Below, piece by piece: positions 1 to 6,872 of a stretch of 14,978 nucleotides of DNA. Both the position numbers and the translations under genes were made by a program. The stretch is from assembly GCA_043739185.1 (NCBI GenBank), contig JAYUEN010000246.1, positions 1 through 14,978 on the forward strand, read 5' to 3'. Every line of letters starts with the position of its first letter. Within the stretch, counting starts at the first letter, position 1. This DNA comes from Bdellovibrionales bacterium (GTDB lineage: Bacteria; Bdellovibrionota; Bdellovibrionia; Bdellovibrionales; JAMPXM01). The notes under the pieces were generated by a model. The model had not been told where the DNA came from. It did no database searches and saw only the letters and a program-made list of their open reading frames with translations.

Positions 1-458
1 GTCGTACAAGCTGTATAGTTTCCTTTTTCGGCGATATACTCAGTGGGACCTGTTTTGATAATGCGTTCGCCTTCGAGCATGATTTGGCCAGATACGACAA
101 AACCTTTTTCGATGACTCCAAGATTGGTTTTATAATTTAAAAGAGCTCTCTCGCCCTCGAGATGTGCGGTAGGGGAATCTATAATTAAGTGACCGTCGGC
201 CTCGATTTCATTGGCAGCATCTCGAATGATTGCGTGATCACAGCTGATAGCTTGTTCGGAATAAATGACGTGAACATGGCCGGTAAGCTCCATGATATGG
301 GCTTCGGAATCTCCAGAATAGTTGTCGGCATTTACTAAAACCGGAGAACCTTTATCTGTTTTTAATTTAATACCGGCGGCAATTGAATAAGGCGCCAAAA
401 AAAGCAGCAGATAGAGCAATATAAAGATGCGAAAACCCGAGTTGAAAATCTTCATCAT
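1..458 (-). CDS. lptD: LPS-assembly protein LptD (OstA), N-terminal part; runs off the window edge
   Basis: Not in the ORF track. Manual translation from ATG 458 is open to the edge: MMKIFNSGFRIFILLYLLLFLAPYSIAAGIKLKTDKGSPVLVNADNYSGDSEAHIMELTGHVHVIYSEQAISCDHAII...EIEADGHLII...LEGERALLNYKTNLG...YIAEKGNYTACT. This gives a signal peptide, an OstA-like beta-jellyroll pattern and the LptD-type YTAC/FTTC motif. Confidence 0.8.
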   Translation of the reverse strand, partial: MMKIFNSGFRIFILLYLLLFLAPYSIAAGIKLKTDKGSPVLVNADNYSGDSEAHIMELTGHVHVIYSEQAISCDHAIIRDAANEIEADGHLIIDSPTAHLEGERALLNYKTNLGVIEKGFVVSGQIMLEGERIIKTGPTEYIAEKGNYTACT

Positions 459-498
459 GAATAGACAGATCGTAGTTCGAACTAGTCGATTTGCAAGC

Positions 499-3400
499 CT
501 ATTTTGACTTCATTTCATGAACTCCGTCCCAATTTTCAGCGGGAGCTTCTTTCATATAATCTTCGCATCTCTCGACATAGAGTTTACTCGGTTCGTCATT
601 GGGCGAAATTTTGAGTACGCTTCTGAAGCTTGCAAGCGATTCGGCAAATTGCCTATTGTGATAATGGGAGAATCCTTCATTCCAATGTTTGAGTAATTCC
701 GAAGTTTGGTTTGAGATTTGTCCTTCGCCCATTAATTCAAAAATTCGCACTGGGAGTTTTTTGCCCTTTACCTTTACCCAATCCATTTCGCGAGTGATAA
801 AGGTCGCTCCCGCGGCTCGTTGGGTAAATTCACTAATGATGATGCGTGTGCCGTATTGTTTATTGATACCTTCAAGTCTAGAGCCTAAATTCACGGCATC
901 ACCCATGATCGTATAGCTTCTCACTGTTAGCGAACCCATATTCCCGACGCTCATTTCTCCGGAATTGAGTCCGATTCCAATATCAATTTCAGGAAGTCCT
1001 TTGGCTACCCAGTCGCGCTGAAGCTCCTTGAGCTTTACAATACTTTGAAGGGCGCATCGGCAGGCCCATTGGGCATGATCATCGAAGGGGATTGGTGCTC
1101 CCCAAAAAGCCATGATGGCATCACCCATATATTTATCAAGAGTGCCTTTATTTTCAAAAACTAGATTCGTCATGGGTGTAAGATAACTATTAAGTAAATC
1201 TGAAAGCGCTCTCGGATCTAATTTCTCTGAAATCGTAGTAAAGCCACGAACGTCTGAAAACATGACGGTCAACTCCATTTTTTTACCACCCAATTCAATA
1301 TTGCTGGGGTCGGCTAAAATTTCGGCAACAATCGAAGGTGAAACGTATTTCTCAAATGTGCCTTTGAGCTCCCGTTTTTTTCTCTCTTCAGTAAAATACT
1401 TATAAAAAGTAAGAACAATGAAAAGAGTTAAAACAAACGAAAGTGGAATGACAATATTGATAACGATGCCATTTTTGAACAAATAGTATTTGTCGGCGTA
1501 GTAAAGAGTCCCTGCGCTTACAAGAGTTAAAATCAAACCAGGAATTGAACTTAAGATTGCAAGTAAATATGAAAACAGAGCACCAAAAATGAGAACTCCA
1601 AAAGTCATATAGCTTTGCTCTTGAACGTGGGTCCTTAAAAAGCCGGGTTTGTCTTTGAGCTCTTGACTGATGCTTTCACCAGCTTTTATTTTCTTATTTC
1701 TTTCAAGTTCGACAAGTAAATTTGAGAGAACATTGGCGTGGGTTTCAACTCCGGGATAGTTTTCTTCAAAGGGTGTCACGCGCAAATCATAAATTCCAAT
1801 TGCGGTCGCTCCAAAAATAAGAATTTTGTCTTTCAAAAAATCTTTTCGATTTACTTTTTGAGTTTCGCGAATCTCAAATTTTTTAGTTTTAGGATCCATT
1901 TCGGCGCGCTCGTAGCTAATGGTTTCAGAGTTGTTTAAAAGCTCGGTCGCCGGAATATGGGCAAACATTTTTTGCCGGCCCGAGTAGTTTATCGATAATT
2001 CGCCGAAAGCATTCACCGGAATTTTCATAACCACGTCGCCATTTTCATTGGTGGCTGAAAAATCAGAGACAATTTTGTGAGTTTCGTCTGCTCGATTGAA
2101 TCCTTCTTCATTGATTTTAACTTGTATTCCAAATTTATTGGCAAGCATAAAGGCCTTTAAAGCTATGCTCGGAAAATAACTATAGCCCCAATGACTCATC
2201 AAATAGCTTTTGCGAACGGTTCCGTCTGAGTCGAGATCGGCATTAAAATACCCACTATGTTTGGTCGCCTGCGCGAGTAACGGGAAGTTAAGGGTCCAAT
2301 TATAGATCGGGGCCACTGAATTTGTCAGAAAATGATCTTTGTATGCGTGAATCCATTCTTCAAATTTTAGATTGGCAAATTTTTTATTTTCAGTCTGTGC
2401 TTGAGCCCATGCATCTGGTAAAGAAAGATCTTTATATTCTGAAATAACTTGAGAATAGTGAGTTGGTGAAATGAGATTGTCAGTATGGCTTAAGAAGCGA
2501 GAGCAATAATTACTGGTGACGCGCTTATTTAATTCCTTTAAGTCGGCTTCATTTTTATGGCCGAGTAGGTTCTCGGTTTCCTCAAAGAGCTGAGGAATCT
2601 GCGCTAGTAACTTTGGATCCGAAGCAAACAAGCTTTGAAAAGTTTGATCGTCCTCTAACATTATTTTTTGAAGTAAAATGGCAACTTGATCTTTTGGAAT
2701 GCCAATGCCCAATTTATTAAAGTGCATATGCAACTGATCAAGAATTGAGGGGTGAGCAAGAAGCCATTCTGAAATTTCCCGAATTTCAAGCTCGTCAAAA
2801 AAAGTATTCAGTCGGGTTTTAAAAGCCGTAGGCAGATGCTCTTTCTCTTCTTCAGAGTCTAAGACCACGATTGGCAACTCTTCTTTGCTCCAATATTTAG
2901 CGTAAGGAGAACGTTTGAAAAGCAAATCATCGCAAGCGTCTTGCCAAGGCTGTCTTTCAGAAGTCACATCCTCGGCGAAAAAAGATCCCATGACGAGATG
3001 ATCTGCATGTTTTTTGATGGCCACTGAAAATTTATAATCACTTGCAGCCGTTTGCATTTCTCGACCAACAAAATCATTCAATGCTAGATTTGAGACTGAA
3101 TTTTGACTTAAAAAAGTTTTGAGTTTATTTAAAACGGGGAGTGAAGAATTTTGATCCTCCTCTGAAAAGACGGCATCGAAGGCGACAACCTTGGCTCCCG
3201 CTGCGATCGCATTTGAAATGATTGCACCAATTTTCTCTCTCGGCCAGGGCCAACGTCCCTCTTTTTCGATTGATCGATCGTCTACTGCAATAATTGCAAC
3301 TTGCTCACTACCGTACTTTGGGCCGCGATCAAGAAGACGCCAATCAATTGATTTTTCGTGAAGCAAATTGATTGCATGATAAATTAGATTGAAATTCGAT

Positions 3401-3522
3401 TTATCTTTGCTTTCCTGACTGTAGTAGTGAGTCAAAATGTAAAAAAATAGTGCGGTGACAACCAGACCTAGGGTTACTGGCGAAATGAGAAGTTTCACTA
3501 AGTACTTGAGTTTTTTTTTCAT
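499..3522 (-). CDS. Membrane-bound CHASE2-domain class III adenylate/guanylate cyclase with C-terminal TPR-like segment
   Basis: N-terminal TM helix. CHASE2 motifs: IIAVDDRSI..GRWPWPR, VVAFDAVF, GYFN..DSDGTVR, FGATA..DLRVTP..PGVETHANVL. Three further TM helices. Cyclase motifs: MFSDVRGFTTISE, TLDKYMGDAIMAFWGAP, GIGLNSG..VGNMGS..RSYTIMGDAVNLGSRLEG. The substrate Lys plus Thr in place of Asp fits an ATP-using class IIIb enzyme. Confidence 0.93.
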   Translation of the reverse strand: MKKKLKYLVKLLISPVTLGLVVTALFFYILTHYYSQESKDKSNFNLIYHAINLLHEKSIDWRLLDRGPKYGSEQVAIIAVDDRSIEKEGRWPWPREKIGAIISNAIAAGAKVVAFDAVFSEEDQNSSLPVLNKLKTFLSQNSVSNLALNDFVGREMQTAASDYKFSVAIKKHADHLVMGSFFAEDVTSERQPWQDACDDLLFKRSPYAKYWSKEELPIVVLDSEEEKEHLPTAFKTRLNTFFDELEIREISEWLLAHPSILDQLHMHFNKLGIGIPKDQVAILLQKIMLEDDQTFQSLFASDPKLLAQIPQLFEETENLLGHKNEADLKELNKRVTSNYCSRFLSHTDNLISPTHYSQVISEYKDLSLPDAWAQAQTENKKFANLKFEEWIHAYKDHFLTNSVAPIYNWTLNFPLLAQATKHSGYFNADLDSDGTVRKSYLMSHWGYSYFPSIALKAFMLANKFGIQVKINEEGFNRADETHKIVSDFSATNENGDVVMKIPVNAFGELSINYSGRQKMFAHIPATELLNNSETISYERAEMDPKTKKFEIRETQKVNRKDFLKDKILIFGATAIGIYDLRVTPFEENYPGVETHANVLSNLLVELERNKKIKAGESISQELKDKPGFLRTHVQEQSYMTFGVLIFGALFSYLLAILSSIPGLILTLVSAGTLYYADKYYLFKNGIVINIVIPLSFVLTLFIVLTFYKYFTEERKKRELKGTFEKYVSPSIVAEILADPSNIELGGKKMELTVMFSDVRGFTTISEKLDPRALSDLLNSYLTPMTNLVFENKGTLDKYMGDAIMAFWGAPIPFDDHAQWACRCALQSIVKLKELQRDWVAKGLPEIDIGIGLNSGEMSVGNMGSLTVRSYTIMGDAVNLGSRLEGINKQYGTRIIISEFTQRAAGATFITREMDWVKVKGKKLPVRIFELMGEGQISNQTSELLKHWNEGFSHYHNRQFAESLASFRSVLKISPNDEPSKLYVERCEDYMKEAPAENWDGVHEMKSK

Positions 3523-3656
3523 TTCTAAAGATGGTCCTCAGTCGTTTACCGTATTCTGATTGTAGGAATAGATGTGTATATGAGGCAAAGAAATTCCTCG
3601 CAGACTAAAAGCTAGTATAGCGCTCAAAACTTAGGTCTACCTGGGCCTTGGAATCC

Positions 3657-3686
3657 TTGAGCCGAGCATTGCTCAAATGATATTCT
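3657..3686 (+). promoter_or_regulatory. Possible sigma-70 promoter of the STAS gene, overlapping an inverted repeat
   Basis: TTGAGC (3657-3662), 18-nt spacer, TATTCT (3681-3686) preceded by TGn. Inverted repeat TTGAGC-N8-GCTCAA at 3657-3676. Confidence 0.35.
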
Positions 3687-3723
3687 TTAAATATATATTT
3701 TCAAAATCGGTGGGAGACCAATT

Positions 3724-4200
3724 ATGCAGGCGCGTTTAAAAAATGAAGCTGATATAAAAATAGTTGAACTTTTTGGACGAGTTGAAATTGAAGGATCCGA
3801 GTCGTTTAAACTCAATTGTCTCAATACACTCATTGGCCAAAAGGTTATTTTTGATTTGGCCGGTCTTAACTTTGTCGGCAGTACCGGCATACTTGCATTC
3901 TTAGAGGGCCTTCAAGAATTCGCGATTCAAAATCCAAATCGCTTTAAATTTTGTCATGTTGGTTCTGAATTTAAAAAAATATTTGCAGCGACAAGTCTCG
4001 CTTGCATCGATATTTTTGAATCTACTCAAATGGCGCTAGCTTCTTATCAAAATATTGAAACGAGTCAGAATACTGCTGTTGAGCTCATTCCATTTAAACG
4101 GGATGCCTCGATATTTAAGGATCTCGACATAATTGAAATTCCAGAAGAAGTAGAGGCCATTGCCTTAACTGAAAAAGCGATCGAAAACGACTCGAATTAA
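3724..4200 (+). CDS. STAS-domain protein (anti-sigma-factor antagonist-like)
   Basis: IVELFGRVE and VIFDLAGLNFVGSTGILAFL match the SpoIIAA/RsbV pattern DLxxVxFxDSxG. SD-like GGGAG upstream. Acidic C-terminal tail. Stop overlaps the stop of the convergent gene (TTAA, 4197-4200). Confidence 0.85.
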   Translation: MQARLKNEADIKIVELFGRVEIEGSESFKLNCLNTLIGQKVIFDLAGLNFVGSTGILAFLEGLQEFAIQNPNRFKFCHVGSEFKKIFAATSLACIDIFESTQMALASYQNIETSQNTAVELIPFKRDASIFKDLDIIEIPEEVEAIALTEKAIENDSN

Positions 4201-5285
4201 TCTTTCTCTTTGATTACATCGGTTTCGTTGATTCGAAGTTCGTTGCTCTTTTTTTGAGTAAGTTTGTTTAAATGAATTAATTCACCATGAATGTATCCAA
4301 AATTATTATGTTTCAGTCTTTGAGGGAACCAAGAGAAGAATTCCCGCTCATCTGAACGACATACAGCTTGCCGGTTTTTACCTTTCTCTACCAATTCGTC
4401 GCCTATTACTCGCGCTGGGCTGAATTGAAGCCCCTCACTTAAAATGGTTTTATCCTGTGGCTTGGTTTTTCGCATAAGCAAGTAAGAGTAAGTAATGGTT
4501 TCGTTTTTAAAGGGGAGTACTTTTTCAATTGCTTGAGACCATTTAGAATGTTCAATTTTAATTCGGTCATGACACCAATCCGTTTTTGAATGTATGAGCA
4601 AAGGACATCCTAAATTATGCGTGCAGGGGCCCCAGGCATTGTAATTGGATTTTATGAGCTTCGCCCTGGTCTCCATGAGCTGCCTTGCATGCAGCGAGGT
4701 TGAAGGTTCAATAATTAAAAGGGCTTCAAACTTTTGCGCATGGTTTAAGAAATTTGTTTTTTCTAGATCAGAAAACTCATTCCAACTGTAAGACAAGCAG
4801 GCGAGATCATATTGTTCTTCTGTGTTTAGTTTGTCTTGTTTGGTAAATTTCACTGAGCGCAAGGGCAGAATTGAGTTTGAATTCTCAAATAATCGCTTTT
4901 GGATTTCAAGAGCTTCGCCTGAAACATCTAAACTATTAAGTTGCGTGAGATTGGCTTGAGCTAAATTAAGAGTGAGTGATCCCAGCCCCGAGCCAATATC
5001 GACAGCACTTTTAAGGCCAGTGAAGAAGTTGAGGCGCTGCGCTTCTTCACACACAGCTTGGGCCCGCAAAAAGTTTAATGGAAAATAGTATGCAAGATAT
5101 GCAATTTGCGCCCACTTTTCAGAGAGCGGACTTCTTGACGAAGCGTCAATGAAATGATTGGAGAGTCGTAAAATGCATTCTTTTATTCTTGAAATATCAT
5201 TTGGATCACAATTCAATTTTTCAAGTTCGATCCAAATTTTTTCTTCTAAGTATTGCGGAAATTTGAAGTTTCTAAGTTTAGACAT
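4197..5285 (-). CDS. Rsm22/METTL17-family SAM-dependent methyltransferase-like protein
   Basis: AYLAYYFP, SAM motif VDIGSGLG, LSYSWNE, LLIIEPST, GPCTHNLGCPL, DWCH and TYSYLL are all characteristic of the Rsm22 family. Confidence 0.85.
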   Translation of the reverse strand: MSKLRNFKFPQYLEEKIWIELEKLNCDPNDISRIKECILRLSNHFIDASSRSPLSEKWAQIAYLAYYFPLNFLRAQAVCEEAQRLNFFTGLKSAVDIGSGLGSLTLNLAQANLTQLNSLDVSGEALEIQKRLFENSNSILPLRSVKFTKQDKLNTEEQYDLACLSYSWNEFSDLEKTNFLNHAQKFEALLIIEPSTSLHARQLMETRAKLIKSNYNAWGPCTHNLGCPLLIHSKTDWCHDRIKIEHSKWSQAIEKVLPFKNETITYSYLLMRKTKPQDKTILSEGLQFSPARVIGDELVEKGKNRQAVCRSDEREFFSWFPQRLKHNNFGYIHGELIHLNKLTQKKSNELRINETDVIKEKD

Positions 5286-5312
5286 GAAGAAAAGGCCTTA
5301 ATTAGATTGAGC

Positions 5313-5351
5313 AAAAAAAAAGGGCTGAGTCGAGGGGTAGCGACTCAGCCC
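5313..5351 (-). terminator. Rho-independent terminator
   Basis: On the minus strand, a perfect 11-bp GC-rich stem GGGCTGAGTCG/CGACTCAGCCC (5322-5332 and 5341-5351) with 8-nt loop CTACCCCT is followed directly by 9 T (5321-5313). Confidence 0.9.
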
Positions 5352-5400
5352 AGCCAAGGTGAAGGAGGTCCCAGATGCAAGGGGGTGATGCATCCGTTAC
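5313..5400 (-). ncRNA. Putative ~88-nt sigma-54-dependent small RNA with C-rich, anti-SD motifs
   Basis: Bounded by a -24/-12 promoter and an intrinsic terminator. Predicted RNA: GUAA-CGGAUGCA-UCACCCCCU-UGCAUCUG-GGACCUCCUUCACCUUGGCU-GGGCUGAGUCG-CUACCCCU-CGACUCAGCCC-U9. Confidence 0.65.
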
Positions 5401-5410
5401 AAACTTATAA

Positions 5411-5428
5411 AGCAATCACGGGGCCAAA
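5411..5428 (-). promoter_or_regulatory. Sigma-54 (RpoN) -24/-12 promoter
   Basis: Minus strand reads TTTGGCCCCGTGATTGCT, with GG at 5425-5424 and GC at 5413-5412. This is the exact GG-N10-GC spacing of consensus TGGCACG-N4-TTGCW. Predicted TSS ~5400. Confidence 0.7.
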
Positions 5429-5534
5429 GTTTGGGTGAGCTAAAGGCTTATAAATTGGATCAAGACGCCAGTGAAAACCTAGTTTTTGTTAGACAGGTCG
5501 GCAATTTTTGTTACTAGACCACAGAGTATTCGCA

Positions 5535-5563
5535 TTGAGCGAGCCATTGAAATGGCCTATAAT
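5535..5563 (+). promoter_or_regulatory. Sigma-70 promoter for the 5582 gene and bcp, with a palindrome in the spacer
   Basis: TTGAGC (5535-5540), 17-nt spacer, TATAAT (5558-5563). The spacer holds the perfect inverted repeat GCCATT-GA-AATGGC (5543-5556). SD AGAGGA at 5571-5576. Confidence 0.65.
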
Positions 5564-5581
5564 TCAATTTAGAGGACATCT

Positions 5582-6343
5582 ATGAAATCGATTCTACTCA
5601 AAAGCCTGGCGTTTAACTTTTTGACAGTTTCGGCAATGGCCTTAGATAGTGCAGCTACTATCGCAGATACCGTCAAAATCTTAGGAATGCCGGACTACGC
5701 AACTATTAACTTTACTCAGGATACCGAAACGCACTATCTCAGTTTACCAGAGCGCTCGGATTGGCGAGTGGCCTTTCAAACCAAGGCTAAGAAATACCTA
5801 TTTGAAAAGGATGCTTCTGGTGACAACGGCAAATCCTTGGTGCAAATCAATTTGAATACCGATGGAAGCATAAAAGAAAGTGTTACCTATTTCTCAGATG
5901 CGAGCGGGAAAAAAACCGAGTTACGCTATACCTCTTTTTTAGAAGCTCCAAAATTTTCAAATACGACTATCTGTTGGAGTTTAAAATCTTGTATAACACT
6001 GAATCATGAATATTGTATGAAACTCTTACGAGCACAAAAAGAAGACAAACTTCAAGAGTTTTTGAATGCGCCCACAAAGAAAGACTTAACGGAATTGCAG
6101 ATACTAAATGAATATGCGCTTTTTGGTAGTTCTGCCAATAAACACCTCAACTTCTGGAAGCTTGATCCCATAAAGCCCGGTAACCATCTTCCTCGACTGG
6201 TGGCTGAAAAAGCGACTAGAGAGCAGGTTAGTGAAACCCATAAGGTTTGCCAGGACTTAATTGGCGCATCAAAACTTCCTCCGTCGAAAACAGAGTCGAT
6301 TCGCCCTATTCGTAAAAGAGCTAAGGCATCAGATAAAAGTTAA
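5582..6343 (+). CDS. Hypothetical secreted protein (253 aa)
   Basis: Long ORF with promoter and SD. Sec-type signal peptide MKSILLKSLAFNFLTVSAMA, four Cys, basic C-terminus. No family recognised. Confidence 0.75.
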   Translation: MKSILLKSLAFNFLTVSAMALDSAATIADTVKILGMPDYATINFTQDTETHYLSLPERSDWRVAFQTKAKKYLFEKDASGDNGKSLVQINLNTDGSIKESVTYFSDASGKKTELRYTSFLEAPKFSNTTICWSLKSCITLNHEYCMKLLRAQKEDKLQEFLNAPTKKDLTELQILNEYALFGSSANKHLNFWKLDPIKPGNHLPRLVAEKATREQVSETHKVCQDLIGASKLPPSKTESIRPIRKRAKASDKS

Positions 6344-6354
6344 TTGGAGCTTAA

Positions 6355-6867
6355 ATGCCACTACTCAAAGCTACAAAAACAAATTCAAAATCAAAGGCAA
6401 AAACTTTCATTGGTAAAAAAGCACCGGATTTCAAGCTGCCCATGACCGGAAATCAAATTTTTGATTTGAAAAATTTAAAAGGACAGAAATTTGTTTTGTA
6501 TTTCTATCCAAAAGATAAAACTCCTGGATGCACTCTTGAAGCACAAGATTTTTCAAAGTTAAAAGCGCAATTTAAAAAATATGGGGCACTCGTCTTTGGT
6601 GTTTCTCGCGACAGCCTTAAAATTCATGAGTCTTTTAAAGAGAGCTGTCAGATCAATATAGATCTGGTCGAAGACCAAGACGAGTTACTTTGTAAGGCTT
6701 ATGATGTCATTCAAATGAAGAGTCTATATGGACGCAAGTTCAAAGGAATCGAGCGCTCAAGCTTCGTTATTGATGAAGAGGGCGTGATACGATCAGAATG
6801 GCGAAAGGTAAAAGTAAAAGATCATGCCCAGGAAGTTTTAGATTTTATTAAAGGCTTAATGCCTTAA
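6355..6867 (+). CDS. bcp: Peroxiredoxin, BCP/PrxQ family
   Basis: GKKAPDFKL, VLYFYPKDKTPGCTLEAQDF (PxxxTxxC), VFGVSRD, GIERSSFVID. SD GGAG at 6346-6349. Confidence 0.93.
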   Translation: MPLLKATKTNSKSKAKTFIGKKAPDFKLPMTGNQIFDLKNLKGQKFVLYFYPKDKTPGCTLEAQDFSKLKAQFKKYGALVFGVSRDSLKIHESFKESCQINIDLVEDQDELLCKAYDVIQMKSLYGRKFKGIERSSFVIDEEGVIRSEWRKVKVKDHAQEVLDFIKGLMP

Positions 6868-6872
6868 GACTC

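Noticed and set aside
5362..5410. Plus-strand sORF MQGGDASVTNL (5375-5410) with perfect SD AAGGAGG
   Set aside because: The terminator polarity and the sigma-54 promoter both point to minus-strand transcription, and no plus-strand promoter is evident. Disfavoured but not excluded; Ribo-seq would decide.
5253..5438. 61-aa plus-strand ORF from the track
   Set aside because: TTG start without SD, overlaps the rsm22-like start in antisense, and reads through the hairpins. Probably spurious.
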